A stretch of DNA of 64,000 bases, from contig CAXXFL010000007.1 of NCBI GenBank assembly GCA_963674965.2, positions 608,001 to 672,000 on the forward strand, read 5' to 3'. A program made the translations under genes and the position numbers. The stretch comes from a bacterium (GTDB lineage: Bacteria; RBG-13-61-14; DATKZS01). The notes beneath the pieces are model-generated. The model was not told the origin of the DNA. It saw only the letters and a program-made list of their open reading frames with translations, and ran no database searches. The stretch's first letter is position 1. Each line of letters opens with the position of its first letter. Below are positions 40,244-51,521 of the stretch, piece by piece.

Positions 40244-40828
40244 TCAGCCGGAGGAAGGATAAAACCTTGGCCTTAGCTTCAAGGCGATAAAATAAAACGC
40301 GATGGGAGCGGCCAGCCAGATAAGCTGGGGCATGAGGGTGATATCGTGTCCGTTATTCTGGAAAAGGGACGGGTTCCAGGGCCGGGGGATGTATACCCAC
40401 GCCTCCCCCAACGTCGAGGTCATCTCGACCCAAAGCTCGGAAGCCTGACCCCAAATAACCAGCGCGATAAGGTCGCGCGGGCTGAACTTTTCGAACAAGG
40501 GGCCTTTGCCAACTATCTTCACGCAGAGGACGCCGAGCAGGAAAAGGCCGCCGTCCCAGAAAGAGTGCATGATAATGATCACCCAGAAGGGCGCGGGAGA
40601 AGGCCGGACAAACCGGTGCACGGCCAGGGCGTCGCCGAACTCGTTGAGGGTTGACATGGGTATTTCCCAGGTCAGTCCCAGTCCGAAGCCCACCCAGAAG
40701 AGGACCCAAATGAACTTGTCTATCTTGCCGGTCTTGTACAGGGCGTAAACGGAGATGGGCGTTACGGTCCCGATGGTAAAGTCGATCCAGTAAAAATAAT
40801 TCCTGAACAGCTCGAGTATGGTTTGCAT
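40244..40828 (-). CDS. Hypothetical membrane protein
   Basis: About five TM helices; in the rib operon direction. Confidence 0.75.
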   Translation of the reverse strand: MQTILELFRNYFYWIDFTIGTVTPISVYALYKTGKIDKFIWVLFWVGFGLGLTWEIPMSTLNEFGDALAVHRFVRPSPAPFWVIIIMHSFWDGGLFLLGVLCVKIVGKGPLFEKFSPRDLIALVIWGQASELWVEMTSTLGEAWVYIPRPWNPSLFQNNGHDITLMPQLIWLAAPIAFYFIALKLRPRFYPSSG

Positions 40829-40843
40829 GGCCCTTTCCCGGTC

Positions 40844-41488
40844 TTAGAGGAACCCTTCCTCGGACAGCTTTTTCATTAATTCCCGGTCGGCCGTTTGGGC
40901 CTTGTCCTTGCCCATGAGTTTGGCCACGTATTTTCCAATAAGGTCGGTCTCGAGATTGACCTTGTCCCCCTGCCGCCTGTCGCCCAGGGTGGTGCGGCTC
41001 AGTGTCTCGGGTATGATCATCATCCAGAAGCGGTCCCGCTCCACTCCGTTGACGGTAAGGCTTATGCCGTCCACGGCGATGGACCCCTTCTCGACGGTGA
41101 GTTCCGTGATCTCGGGCGGGGCGAAAACGGTGACCCTGGCGAAGGTCCCCTCCGGCCGTACGTCCGCCACCCGGCCCACGGCGTCCACGTGTCCCGACAC
41201 CAGGTGTCCGCCCAGCCGGTCGCCCAGGCGAAGGGCCCTCTCCAGGTTGACGCCCGCGCCGACGGCCAGGTCGGCCAGGGTCGAGCGGGCCAGGGACTCG
41301 CTCGAGACGTCAACCTTAAAGCCGTCCGCCGCGAGGCCGGTGACCGTGAGGCAAAGACCCGAGACCGCCACCGAGTCGCCCAAGCCAACCTCGTAATCCG
41401 GGCCCGAGTAGACGTCCAAAGCGACGCCCGAGCCGCCCGGTTTCCTGCCCCTTATCTTTCCCACGCGATCGATTAAGCCGGTGAACAT
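40844..41488 (-). CDS. ribE: Riboflavin synthase alpha chain
   Basis: MFTGLI, GLCLTV, GGHLVSGHVD, GISLTVN. Confidence 0.95.
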   Translation of the reverse strand: MFTGLIDRVGKIRGRKPGGSGVALDVYSGPDYEVGLGDSVAVSGLCLTVTGLAADGFKVDVSSESLARSTLADLAVGAGVNLERALRLGDRLGGHLVSGHVDAVGRVADVRPEGTFARVTVFAPPEITELTVEKGSIAVDGISLTVNGVERDRFWMMIIPETLSRTTLGDRRQGDKVNLETDLIGKYVAKLMGKDKAQTADRELMKKLSEEGFL

Positions 41489-42624
41489 CTCCCGCCTCTT
41501 CCTCCCCCGGACCTCGCCCGGGCCTTGGATATCTTGCCCGTCACCATGATATCGCCGCCCGCCATCCTGGCCCTTAGCGACGTAAGGCCCAAGGCGTCGG
41601 CTATCTTGTCCGGACCCTTGCCGCCGGTTATGGACACGCCGTCTCCACCGAGCAGTTTGGGCGCGAAGAAAAAGACGACCTCATCGGCCAGGCCCGAGCG
41701 GATGGCCGAGCCTAAAAGACCCGAGCCCCCCTCGATCAGCGCCGAGGCGATCTTGCGCGCTCCCAGTTCCTTCATCACCGCCGCCAGGTCCACGTATTTG
41801 CCCGAGCCTTTGACGCGGACCACCTCGGCCCCCGCCTCCTCGAACTTCTTAATCCGGGCCGCGCTCGTCTTTTCGTTACAAAAGATAAGCGGGCCGCCCT
41901 CGGCCGGAGTTTTCATTATCCTGCAGTCGAGGGGAACGTTAAGTCCCGAACTGACGATTACCGGCCGGGGATGTCTTTTCTTGCCCGCCAGCCGGACGGT
42001 AAGCTCGGGGTCGTCGGCCCGGACCGTGCCGCCTCCCACCATCACCGCCTGGCAGAAGTCCCGGAGCTTGTGTCCCTCGGCCCTGGCCTTCTCGCCCGTG
42101 ATCCAGATCGAGTCGCCCGAGGAGGTGGCGATCTTGCCGTCCAGGGTGGCGGCGGCCTTGAGGAAAACGTAAGGCTCGCGGGTCAGGATGTATTTGACGA
42201 AGGTCTTGTTAAGCTCGCGGCTTTCCTCCTCGAGCACCCCCGTCACCACCTCGATCCCCGCGCGTCTTAGTTTCTTGAAGCCCTTGCCGGACACGAGAGG
42301 GTTGGGGTCGGTCATGCTCGCCACCACCCGCTTCACGCCCGCGGCGATCAGGGCGTCGGCGCAGGGAGGGGTGGTTCCGAAATGCGAGCAGGGCTCGAGG
42401 CTGACGTAAGCGTCGGAGCCCATGGCCGCGGCGCCCGCCCGGCGCAGGGCGTGGACCTCGGCGTGGGGCTCGCCCGGCCGGCGGAAATAGCCCTCGCCGA
42501 CCTTCTCGCCCTTCTTGACGAGGACGCACCCGACCATCGGGTAATGACGCGTGTCTCCCCAGGCCCGCCGGGCCAGGGACAGGGCGCGCCGCATCCAGAA
42601 CTCGTCGTCCGGCCTTTCGGTCAT
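41473..42624 (-). CDS. ribD: Riboflavin biosynthesis deaminase/reductase RibD
   Basis: HAEV, LEPCSH..TPPC, TLDGKIA, EGG. Confidence 0.95.
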   Translation of the reverse strand: MTERPDDEFWMRRALSLARRAWGDTRHYPMVGCVLVKKGEKVGEGYFRRPGEPHAEVHALRRAGAAAMGSDAYVSLEPCSHFGTTPPCADALIAAGVKRVVASMTDPNPLVSGKGFKKLRRAGIEVVTGVLEEESRELNKTFVKYILTREPYVFLKAAATLDGKIATSSGDSIWITGEKARAEGHKLRDFCQAVMVGGGTVRADDPELTVRLAGKKRHPRPVIVSSGLNVPLDCRIMKTPAEGGPLIFCNEKTSAARIKKFEEAGAEVVRVKGSGKYVDLAAVMKELGARKIASALIEGGSGLLGSAIRSGLADEVVFFFAPKLLGGDGVSITGGKGPDKIADALGLTSLRARMAGGDIMVTGKISKARARSGGGRGGRCSPA

Positions 42625-43100
42625 GCTATCTTGCCCTGTTCTTCCTTCTGGCGCTGGAGAAGGTCCCGCAACTCCTCCATGAACTGGTGGGCGTCCTTAA
42701 AGGAACGGTAAACCGACGCGAAACGGACGTAGGCCACGTGGTCCAAGTGGAAAAGCTCCTCCATAATGGCGCTTCCGACCACGCTGGCGTCGATCTCCTT
42801 GTCCCCGCTCTCCTGAACGCGAGACTCGATCTTGTCGGCTACTTTCTCGAGGGTGGTAATGGAAATGGGACGCTTCTCGCAGGCCTTCTTGAGACCGATG
42901 ATGATCTTCATCCGGTCGAAGGGCTCCCGCCTTCCGTCCTTTTTGATCACGAGCGGCAGGACTTCCTCGATGCGCTCGTAAGTGGTGAACCGGCGGCCGC
43001 ACTCGATGCACTCGCGCCGTCTCCTGATTACCTGGCCGTCCTTGGACAGCCTCGAGTCAATCACCTTGTTGTCCATCTCCTGGCAGAACGGACACTTCAT
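42621..43100 (-). CDS. nrdR: Transcriptional repressor NrdR
   Basis: MKCPFC, RRRREC..C..RFTTYE, ATP-cone, [10 protein letters not shown]. Confidence 0.97.
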   Translation of the reverse strand: MKCPFCQEMDNKVIDSRLSKDGQVIRRRRECIECGRRFTTYERIEEVLPLVIKKDGRREPFDRMKIIIGLKKACEKRPISITTLEKVADKIESRVQESGDKEIDASVVGSAIMEELFHLDHVAYVRFASVYRSFKDAHQFMEELRDLLQRQKEEQGKIA

Positions 43101-43590
43101 CTTTCTTTCCTCCCTGGTAGCGGCGCACCCGGATTCGCGCCTCCTCGAATAACTTTTCCGCCAACGGGTCCGGGTACCCGTCCTCGTAAACTACCTCTTC
43201 AACTCCAGCGTTTATCAGCATCTTCGCGCATATGGAACATGGGAGGGTGGTGCAATAAAGGACCGACCCCGCTATGGAAACCCCGTGATAGGCCGCCTGG
43301 ATGATGGCGTTTTGCTCCGCGTGAAGCCCGCGGCAAAGCTCGGCCCTCTCCCCAGAGGGAACGCCAAGCTGAGCGCGGCGGCAACCCGTCTCCGCGCAAT
43401 GGGGAAGACCGCTGGGAGCGCCGTTATAACCCGTCGAGAGGACGCGCTTGTTCTTCACCAGCACGGCCCCCACCGCTCGCCGAAGGCAGGTCGTCCTCGT
43501 GCCCACCAGGCGAGTGATGGACATGAAATACTCGTCCCAGTCGGGCCTTTTGGCCGGCGCGGGCGTACTATCAGCGGCTTGCTTTTCCAT
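43057..43590 (-). CDS. dCMP deaminase family protein
   Basis: [25 protein letters not shown]. Confidence 0.92.
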   Translation of the reverse strand: MEKQAADSTPAPAKRPDWDEYFMSITRLVGTRTTCLRRAVGAVLVKNKRVLSTGYNGAPSGLPHCAETGCRRAQLGVPSGERAELCRGLHAEQNAIIQAAYHGVSIAGSVLYCTTLPCSICAKMLINAGVEEVVYEDGYPDPLAEKLFEEARIRVRRYQGGKKDEVSVLPGDGQQGD

Positions 43591-43873
43591 TGAAATACCT
43601 GGATATTGTATCTCATTTTGGGGCGGTTGTAAATATCATACAAGATGTTGTGGCCAAGTAAGGGCCTTAAATAATTGAGGAAAGAAATAACGAATCATCC
43701 GGGGCCATACTAAAAAAACAAACGTGCCGGCCTTTGTCTTGACCTTATTTAGCCGGCTTGAATTAAAAAAAATACTTTGATTTTCTCGCTTGACCGCCGT
43801 CCCCCTTCGCGATAATCTTGACGGGTAGCTTGAGTGACTCCCCAAGGGCTTGGGCAAAAGGCCTTTTAAAGTA

Positions 43874-46800
43874 ATGAGTAAGGAAACCACCGACAAGGCG
43901 GCGAGGGACAGGAACCTCCTGTTCGGAGTAATAGCCGTCCAACTGCACTTCATTCAACCGGTTGACCTTGCCAAGGCGGCCGCGGTTTGGGCCACCAAAA
44001 CGCAACGGGACCTGGGCCAGATACTGGTCGATATGAAGCTGATCAAGGCCTCGGACAAGGCCGTGATCGACCAGCTTATTTTCCAGAAAATCTCCATGCA
44101 TGGGGGAGACGTGGCCGGGACCCTGGCCTCCTTTGGGGGCGGCCGGGCCGTGGCCGAGTCTTTTTCCCCCGACTCCTTCTCCTGGTCCGGGAGCGGAGGT
44201 TACGCCGCCGAGACGAGCGAGCCCTCCCGCGACCCGATGGAGGACACCACCGACTTCACCTGGAGCCAGTCGTCCCGGGAGAGACAAAAGGTGGCCATCG
44301 AGCAGCCCAACCGCTACACCATCAAGGGAGAGCGGGGGAGGGGGGCCATCGGCCGGGTGCTGGTGGCCTTTGACGAGAACATCGGGCGCGAGGTCGCCAT
44401 CAAGGAACTGCTCACGGGCGTGGGCACGGGCTCGAGCGGCGGCGCCAACCGCAGCCCGTCCAAGCACACGGCCGAGGCCACGGCTCGCTTCCTGAGGGAG
44501 GCCCGCATCACGGGCCAGCTAAACCACCCGTCGATCGTGCCCGTCTTCGAGATAGCGCGGCGTCCCGACGACTCCCTTTATTACACCATGCGCCTGGTCC
44601 AGGGCCGGAACATGGCCGAGCACCTTCGGGAATGCAAGGACCTTACCGACCGCATGAAGTACGTCCCCAACTTCCTGGACATATGCCAGGCCATGGCCTA
44701 CGCCCACTCGAGGAACGTCATCCATCGCGACCTCAAGCCCAGCAACGTCATGCTGGGCGACTGGGGCGAGACCATCGTCCTGGACTGGGGCCTGGCCAAG
44801 GTGCAGGGATGGGACGAGGACTCGACCGACAGCCTGGACGCGGCGATGAGGGCCATCGCCGACGCCGGCGTTTGCGAGACCCTGCAGGGGGCGCCCATGG
44901 GCACGCCCTCATACATGAGCCCGGAGCAGGCCGAGGGACTCATAAAAAAAGTGGATAAAAGGAGCGACGTCTGGAGCCTGGGGGCCATGCTCTACGAGCT
45001 GCTAGCCGGCCGGCCGCCCTTTATCGGCCACTCGGCCTTCGAGGTCATGGGCAAGGTGATGAAGAACGACGTGGGGCTGGTTCAGGAGATCGAGCCCGAG
45101 GCCCCCCTCGAGTTCTGCGCCATCGCCCACAAGTGCCTCGAGCGCGAGCGGGACAAGCGCTTCGCCGACGCGGGGGAGCTGGCGGCCAAGATCGAGCGGG
45201 TAAGCCAGGTGGTATTCGGCGCCATGAGCTTCGTCCGGGTGCGTGAGGAGAGGAACGTGGCGGTCGAGCAGAAGCGGATCGCCGATGAACAGCGGATGAT
45301 CGCCGAGGAACAGCGGCGCATCGCGGAGGAACAAAAGAAGCTGGCCGAGGAGCAAAGGGCCCTGGCCGAGAAGCGGGAACGGGAGGCCCGGCGCAACCTG
45401 GCGGAGGCTTATTTCCAGTACGGACTTCGCTCGGAGCAGGAAAGGCGCTTTAACGACGCCCGCGTTTATTTCGCCAAGGCCCTGGCCCTGACGGGGAGGG
45501 AGGACGCCAGGAGCGCCCTTTACCGCCAGGCCACGAGGCGATTCAAGGTCACCCTTACGAAAATCCTGGATGGACACCAGGAGAGGGTCACGGCGGTGGC
45601 CTTCTCTCCCGACGGTTCTCACCTGGCCACCGCCAGTTGGGACGAGACGGTCAAGATATGGTCCGTCGAGCTGGGTGACTGCGTCAAGACCCTGCCGGGC
45701 CACGACGCCTGGGTGACCTCGGTGGCCTTCTCGCCCGACGGCGAGATGGTCCTGGCCGGGAGCGCCGAGTCGGCCAGGCTGTGGAACGTCGAGACGGGAG
45801 CGGTCGCTCGCGAGCTTCGGGGCCATGAGGCCGAGGTCATGTCCGTGGCCTTCTCGCCCGACGGCAAGATAATCGCCACCGGCGGCGTGGACCAGACCAT
45901 CGTACTTTGGGACGCGGCGGCCGGGGAGATAATAAGGACCATGAAGGGACACGAGGACTGGGTGACCTCGCTGGCCTTCAGCGCCGACCAGAGGATGCTC
46001 GTCTCGGGAAGCTGGGACGGGAGCGTCAAGCTTTGGGACTTCGAGTCGGGAGAATGCCTCATGACCCTGAGGGGACACGACGACGAGGTCAACTCCGTAC
46101 AGATCGACATGGAGTGCATCCACGCCCTTTCCGCCTCGAACGACAAGACCCTCAAGCTGTGGAGGATCGAGACGGGAGAGTGCGTCAAGACCTTCCGCGG
46201 CCATTCGGACAGGGTCTTCTCGAACTCCCTCCATCCCCTGGGCGAGATGGCCGTCTCCGGCGGAGACGACCACAGCCTGCGAGTGTGGTCCCTGGACTAC
46301 GAGGACTGCGAGCTGTCCTTTACCGGCCACGAGGGAAGGATATGCTCGGTCCAGTTCTCGCCCGACGGAAAAAACCTGGCCTCGGCGAGCTGGGACAAGA
46401 CCGCGCGCCTGTGGAAAGTCTCGGAGGAAAGCTCGGCCATGACGCTGTGGGGCCACGAGAGCGACGTGCTTTGCGCGGCCTATTCGCCGGACGGACGGCG
46501 CGTGCTCTCGGGGGGGGAGGACGGGACCTTCTGCCTGTTCAACGCCTCGAGCGGGGAACTGATAAAGAGCCGCGCCGCCCACGTGGCGCCCATCTCCGCC
46601 GTGGCCTTCATGCCCAACGGGGCCGGTTTCATAACGGCCAGCTGGGACCACACCATCAAGCTGTGGAACGCCAAGACCCTCGAGAACGTGATGAAGTTCG
46701 AGGGACATGAGGACGACGTGCTGGACGCGGTCTTCACCATGGACGGCCGCGGCCTGGTGTCGGCGGGCTACGACAACTCGTGCAGGCTGTGGGACGTACG

Positions 46801-47452
46801 GAGCGGCAAGTGCCTCCGGACCTTGACCGAGCACAACTACCCGGTCCTGGCCTGCGACGCCTCTCCCGACGGGGGCTACGTTCTGACCGGGAGCTGCTCC
46901 GAGCGGGAGGGCTTCGACTGCGTAAAGGGCGAGATGAGACTCTGGTCCATCCGCACCGGCGACTGCCTCAGGCGCTTCGTGGGGCACAAGGACAACGTGC
47001 TCACCGTGGCCTTTTCCCCCGACGGCAGGAAGGTCGTCTCGGGCAGCCTCGAGAGCGTCATGATCTGGTCGGTCCAGTCGGGAGAGAAGATACTGACCAT
47101 GTCGGGACACGACTTCTGGGTCAAGTCGGTGGCCTTCTCTCCCGACGGGACATACCTGGTCTCGGGCGGAGACGACGGGTTGGTGAAGATATGGTCGGCC
47201 GAGACGGGCGCCTGTCTTCTGACGCTCGAGGGCCATGAGGGGGCCGTGTGCAAGACGCGCTTTTCACCGGACGGCCGGAGCGTTTTATCGGCGGCCAAGG
47301 ACATGACGGCGCGGATATGGCCCATCGTCTTCGATCTGCTCGAGTCCACGGGGGAGGAGCTTTTCGACGCGGCCCGCGCCGAGACGGGCATGGCCCTGGA
47401 CGGCTTCAAGGTGGTCCAGGACGTCGGGAGGCCGGAGTCCGCGGACCTCTGA
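43874..47452 (+). CDS. Hanks-type Ser/Thr kinase with coiled-coil linker and WD40 repeats
   Basis: VAIK, HRDLKPSN, DWG, GTPSYMSPE; about 14 GH..WD-type repeats. Confidence 0.95.
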   Translation: MSKETTDKAARDRNLLFGVIAVQLHFIQPVDLAKAAAVWATKTQRDLGQILVDMKLIKASDKAVIDQLIFQKISMHGGDVAGTLASFGGGRAVAESFSPDSFSWSGSGGYAAETSEPSRDPMEDTTDFTWSQSSRERQKVAIEQPNRYTIKGERGRGAIGRVLVAFDENIGREVAIKELLTGVGTGSSGGANRSPSKHTAEATARFLREARITGQLNHPSIVPVFEIARRPDDSLYYTMRLVQGRNMAEHLRECKDLTDRMKYVPNFLDICQAMAYAHSRNVIHRDLKPSNVMLGDWGETIVLDWGLAKVQGWDEDSTDSLDAAMRAIADAGVCETLQGAPMGTPSYMSPEQAEGLIKKVDKRSDVWSLGAMLYELLAGRPPFIGHSAFEVMGKVMKNDVGLVQEIEPEAPLEFCAIAHKCLERERDKRFADAGELAAKIERVSQVVFGAMSFVRVREERNVAVEQKRIADEQRMIAEEQRRIAEEQKKLAEEQRALAEKREREARRNLAEAYFQYGLRSEQERRFNDARVYFAKALALTGREDARSALYRQATRRFKVTLTKILDGHQERVTAVAFSPDGSHLATASWDETVKIWSVELGDCVKTLPGHDAWVTSVAFSPDGEMVLAGSAESARLWNVETGAVARELRGHEAEVMSVAFSPDGKIIATGGVDQTIVLWDAAAGEIIRTMKGHEDWVTSLAFSADQRMLVSGSWDGSVKLWDFESGECLMTLRGHDDEVNSVQIDMECIHALSASNDKTLKLWRIETGECVKTFRGHSDRVFSNSLHPLGEMAVSGGDDHSLRVWSLDYEDCELSFTGHEGRICSVQFSPDGKNLASASWDKTARLWKVSEESSAMTLWGHESDVLCAAYSPDGRRVLSGGEDGTFCLFNASSGELIKSRAAHVAPISAVAFMPNGAGFITASWDHTIKLWNAKTLENVMKFEGHEDDVLDAVFTMDGRGLVSAGYDNSCRLWDVRSGKCLRTLTEHNYPVLACDASPDGGYVLTGSCSEREGFDCVKGEMRLWSIRTGDCLRRFVGHKDNVLTVAFSPDGRKVVSGSLESVMIWSVQSGEKILTMSGHDFWVKSVAFSPDGTYLVSGGDDGLVKIWSAETGACLLTLEGHEGAVCKTRFSPDGRSVLSAAKDMTARIWPIVFDLLESTGEELFDAARAETGMALDGFKVVQDVGRPESADL
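45258..45380 (+). repeat. Imperfect 21-nt coding repeat (AEEQRRI heptads)
   Basis: AVEQKRI-ADEQRMI-AEEQRRI-AEEQKKL-AEEQRAL. Confidence 0.7.
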
Positions 47453-47456
47453 GCCT

Positions 47457-47918
47457 TCAGGGCAGGTCTTTCTCCGACTCCACCGCCACCCCGTTGAGAA
47501 GAAGCAGCGAGGTGAAACATCCGATCCCCTTGACCACTCGGGACCCGTTGTAGACCTCGTAGACCCCGCATGACGGGCTCCGGTCCTTGAGCACCGCCCG
47601 GGTCGCTCCCGCCAGCCTGGCGATCTTGAGGGACTCGGCGGCCCCCCGCAAAAACTGCCTGGTCACGTCCGTCCCGTCCCGCAGAAGCAGCCGGTTCTTG
47701 CCGCCCCTCAGCATGGACCCGTCGCCGTGGTCGAAGTCGGCCGGCTCGCGGGGCACGGGCAGACCGGAAAGGGACTCGGGACAAACGGGAACGAAGCGTT
47801 TGCCCTCCAGGTAGGCGATAACTTTGTCGTCGCGCTTGGACACCCCGTTGTACCTGCACGCCACCCCCAGAAGGCACGCGCTGACCAGTATTACCTCGTC
47901 CTTGTCCGACTCGCTCAT
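47457..47918 (-). CDS. DUF523 / 2-thiouracil desulfurase family protein
   Basis: VSACLLG..CRY, VCPE..GLPVPR, LK..SPSCG. Confidence 0.9.
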   Translation of the reverse strand: MSESDKDEVILVSACLLGVACRYNGVSKRDDKVIAYLEGKRFVPVCPESLSGLPVPREPADFDHGDGSMLRGGKNRLLLRDGTDVTRQFLRGAAESLKIARLAGATRAVLKDRSPSCGVYEVYNGSRVVKGIGCFTSLLLLNGVAVESEKDLP

Positions 47919-48218
47919 GTCATCCTCCCCGCCGATGAATCGAGTATAAACGGACGCCCCGCCGGCTTCCGATCGTATGCCATACTATATAACCACCGGC
48001 AAGGGAATTTCAACGCGGAAAAATAAAAGGGGCAAAACGACGTCCATTTCGGAATGGGTCCGGCGCCGGCCTCCATGTGAGTCTCGCCCTTCGCCTTGAC
48101 ATACGAGCGCATATCATGGCAACATTTTTTCGAGTACGCCCATTGGGGCCGGATAGTGGGAGGCAAAAGGAATCGCGCCGGGCGCGGAAAAACGCCGGAA
48201 ATAAGCGATGGAGAAGGC

Positions 48219-49193
48219 ATGAGAGACCTGAAAGACATGGGGAGCGGATGGATCGCCGCCGCGGGATGTATAATCGTCATCGCGGTCCTGGCGATTATTT
48301 ACGCCATTCAAGGCGGCCGCCGCGAAGCCATGCGACAAGAGTTCCTCGCCTCCCGCGAGACCCTCGATAAAAGCGCGGCCCAACTGTCCGAGACCGTCCA
48401 GTCATATAAAACCAGACTTTCCGATCTGGAAAATGAAAACAAGGCATTGAAAGAAGGAATTGAAAAGGAGAGAGAGAGGATAAATTATCTTAACAAAAAA
48501 GTCACAGAATTAATTCGCGAGGATAACCATTATAGTAAAAAGGGAACGGAAAGCCGCAAAGATATCATGATGTTGCAATCGCGCCTGGCTAATAAAAAAA
48601 ACAAGCGGGAGATAAGCCCACAGCTTAGCAAGTACTGGCCCGTTATAAAGAAGAAAGCCCCCGACTTCATCGATCATTATAAAAGTATTTATCCGGACTT
48701 CGGCCGGGACGCTTTCGTTTCCCGTGAGTATGAGCCTAGGTCGCATGTCGGGGCGAAAGAAAATGTGTATTATGGAGATATTGTTGGCGTTCTTATTGAT
48801 TGTACCGTTGAAAACCACGATTACCGCGTCTGTTCATCCGATGAAACAAAGTGCATATCGACCGGGGTATCCTCCCTCGACGCTGATTCAAAGGTATGTT
48901 TCGACGACAATTTTTGGGAGTTGAGCTTTACGATCGCTCCTTGCGGGGCCGCCTGCCGCTACACTCATTTGACATGGCTGGATGAAGACACTTTCATGTT
49001 CGTGAACCACTATCACTCGAGCGCGCGGACGGACCCGGACATAGCCGGCGACATGGTCGTTCCCATAATAAATATCTACCGAACTTTGCCCGAGTACAGT
49101 GTATCGAAAATTGGAGAGCACGTCGGCCCGCCCGTGGATTATGATAAATTTCATGACGTTGACTGGGCATTAATGCCAACGAAGGTCCCATAA
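48219..49193 (+). CDS. Membrane-anchored coiled-coil protein, paralog 1
   Basis: N-terminal TM, coiled coil, Cys-containing C-terminal domain with WLDEDTFMFV. Confidence 0.75.
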   Translation: MRDLKDMGSGWIAAAGCIIVIAVLAIIYAIQGGRREAMRQEFLASRETLDKSAAQLSETVQSYKTRLSDLENENKALKEGIEKERERINYLNKKVTELIREDNHYSKKGTESRKDIMMLQSRLANKKNKREISPQLSKYWPVIKKKAPDFIDHYKSIYPDFGRDAFVSREYEPRSHVGAKENVYYGDIVGVLIDCTVENHDYRVCSSDETKCISTGVSSLDADSKVCFDDNFWELSFTIAPCGAACRYTHLTWLDEDTFMFVNHYHSSARTDPDIAGDMVVPIINIYRTLPEYSVSKIGEHVGPPVDYDKFHDVDWALMPTKVP

Positions 49194-49206
49194 AAGAGGA
49201 GACAAG

Positions 49207-50196
49207 ATGAAAGGGTTAGGAGGCATTGGAAGCGGATGGATCGCCGCCGCGGGATGCATAATCGTCATCGCGGTCCTGGCGATAATTTACGCCATTCAAG
49301 GCGGCCGCCGCGAAGCCACGCGACAAGACCTCCTCGCCTCCCGCGAGACCCTCGAGAAAAGCGCGGCCCAACTGTCCGAATCCGTCCAATCATACAAAAC
49401 CAGACTCTCCGAAGTGGAAAATGAAAACAAGGAACTTAAAGACGATCTTAAGGAGGAGAAGGCGAGGATAAGTGATCTTGATAACAAACTTGAGAGCTTG
49501 AATAGAGAGGCCGACTACCATGGAAATATACTGAGGGAATGCCAAAGAAACCGAGTGCTTCTGCAGACGCGTCTGGCCACTCCTAAGAACAAGCGGGAAA
49601 TCAATCCGCAACTGAAAAAGTACTGGCCCATAATAGAGAAGAAAGCCCCCGGCTTTATCCAGCATTATCGAACCTTTTATCCCGACTTCGGCCTCGATTC
49701 CTTTATCTCCAGGGAGTTCGAGCCGAAGCTCGTGGGAGAAGGTAATGATCTGAGCTACGGCGAGCACATGGACGACATGGCCGACTATGTCGAAGGTTAC
49801 GATAATAGTTACAAGATTTACAACTACCGTGTCTGGTCTTCCGATAAAAAGAGGTACATCGCGACATGCATGGCTGATTGCGATGGTGATGAACAAGTGC
49901 GGCTACTGGACCTTGAAGCCAATTATCGCGCGACGATCGCCCCTTGCGGCTCCCCCTGCCGTTATACTAATCTGACCTGGCTGGATGAAGACACTTTCAT
50001 GTTCGTGAATCACTATCACTCCAACACTCGTACGGACCTGGACGTTACCGGCAACATGGTCGTTCCTCAAATTAATATCTACCGAACTTCGCCCGAGTAC
50101 ATTGTATCGCAAATTGGAGAGCACGTCGGCCCGCCCGTGGATTATGAGAGGTTTTACGGCGTTGAATGGGATTATAATTTGATGGTAAGCCCGTGA
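49207..50196 (+). CDS. Membrane-anchored coiled-coil protein, paralog 2
   Basis: Near-identical 5' and 3' DNA blocks to paralog 1. Confidence 0.78.
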   Translation: MKGLGGIGSGWIAAAGCIIVIAVLAIIYAIQGGRREATRQDLLASRETLEKSAAQLSESVQSYKTRLSEVENENKELKDDLKEEKARISDLDNKLESLNREADYHGNILRECQRNRVLLQTRLATPKNKREINPQLKKYWPIIEKKAPGFIQHYRTFYPDFGLDSFISREFEPKLVGEGNDLSYGEHMDDMADYVEGYDNSYKIYNYRVWSSDKKRYIATCMADCDGDEQVRLLDLEANYRATIAPCGSPCRYTNLTWLDEDTFMFVNHYHSNTRTDLDVTGNMVVPQINIYRTSPEYIVSQIGEHVGPPVDYERFYGVEWDYNLMVSP

Positions 50197-50236
50197 AGGC
50201 AAAAGAGGGAGGCGCCGAACGAGCGACGGAAGAAAC

Positions 50237-51217
50237 ATGAAAGGATTGAGCCGTAATATTGGGACCGGATGGACCGCCTTCGCGGGCTGTCTTGTCATCA
50301 TCGCGGGCATGTCGTTTTTCCACGCGATCAAGATCGACGGCTATATGGCCATGGAAAAGGACCTTCTCGCCTCTCGAACGGCCATGCAAAAAAACGCGCT
50401 GGAACTGTCCGAGTCCATCGGCTCTTACAAAGCCAAACTCTGCGCTCTGGAAAATGAAAACAATGAGCTTAAAGACTCGCTGGCCCGGGAGGAGGAAAAA
50501 GCGGATGAACTTCAAGATGAAGTAGATTCAAGGCAAAAATGGGCAGAGGAGAGTAAAAAAGATTGGCTGGAACGGCAAAAGCAGGTCGAGCGGCTTCAGG
50601 CGCGTTTGGCGACGCCAAAAAGCCGGCGGGAAATCAGCCCGCAACTTAAAAAGTTTTGGCCTATAATAGAGCAAAAAGCCCCCGACCTCATCGAAAATTA
50701 TAAACGTCATTTTTCGGACGTCGGACCGGACATGTTCGTCTCCAAGGAATACACGCCAAAGCTACTGGTCTGGAGCGACATGATATTCTACGATAAATCG
50801 GTCGATTACCGGGATTTTATATACCCTTACCGAGCGTACTCTCCCGATAAAAAGAAGGTGATTTCATCTTCATCCTGCCAGAAAATAGAAGATTGCGGCG
50901 TGGAAATGGAAGTACTGTTGCACGATCTTGAGTTCGATTGCTATAAAGCTCTTTCGGCGTGCTCGGCATGCAATTTCAAAGACCAGGCCTGGCTCGATGA
51001 AAATACTTTCATGTTCGTCACCAACATTTTAGTATATCATTATCTAACTGGTTCAGACAAGGATATGGTCAGGCCTTATATTTCCATTTATGTTTACAAA
51101 TCTTCTCCCCCCGCCGAGGCCCGTTTCGCCCTGATCGGAGAGCACTTCGGCCCGGTCGTGGAATATGAAGGGTTTATAAACACTGTTTGGGAATCTCGCT
51201 GGAGATATCACAAATGA
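50237..51217 (+). CDS. Membrane-anchored coiled-coil protein, paralog 3
   Basis: REISPQLKKFWP, WLDENTFMFV and IGEHFGP shared with paralogs 1 and 2. Confidence 0.78.
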   Translation: MKGLSRNIGTGWTAFAGCLVIIAGMSFFHAIKIDGYMAMEKDLLASRTAMQKNALELSESIGSYKAKLCALENENNELKDSLAREEEKADELQDEVDSRQKWAEESKKDWLERQKQVERLQARLATPKSRREISPQLKKFWPIIEQKAPDLIENYKRHFSDVGPDMFVSKEYTPKLLVWSDMIFYDKSVDYRDFIYPYRAYSPDKKKVISSSSCQKIEDCGVEMEVLLHDLEFDCYKALSACSACNFKDQAWLDENTFMFVTNILVYHYLTGSDKDMVRPYISIYVYKSSPPAEARFALIGEHFGPVVEYEGFINTVWESRWRYHK

Positions 51218-51521
51218 TGCGGCCATAAATAGGGAGCGGCAAAGAAGGCGCGGCGGCCTATCGGACCCCGTGAGGATTTTAGTGAAAGGGCGAATTGGAA
51301 AAACCTTTCTCGGGAGGGGAAATCTATAAACTCCGCTTCGATCATGCCATGGTAATTATCCTTCACTTTCAGGGCGCTTAATCATTGATTACTCTTTCCC
51401 GGGGTGGCGTCCCGCTTGGCGATCCTGACCCCGGGCCGTTATATTTCCGCCCCATGGGCGACAAGATTGGTTTGCATATTGGCCCCGGCTGGGCGGAACG
51501 TTTTATCTTTTGCCTTTATCT

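Noticed and set aside
43057-43100. Short gene overlaps (deaminase/nrdR 44 nt; aminotransferase/membrane protein 26 nt)
   Set aside because: Ordinary tail overlaps with no sign of dual function.
45002-47236. 744-aa minus-strand ORF and similar long ORFs (21169-22890, 10573-11799, 5930-7030, 26175-27578)
   Set aside because: Antisense or alternate-frame shadows of well-supported genes in GC-rich DNA; no recognisable motifs.
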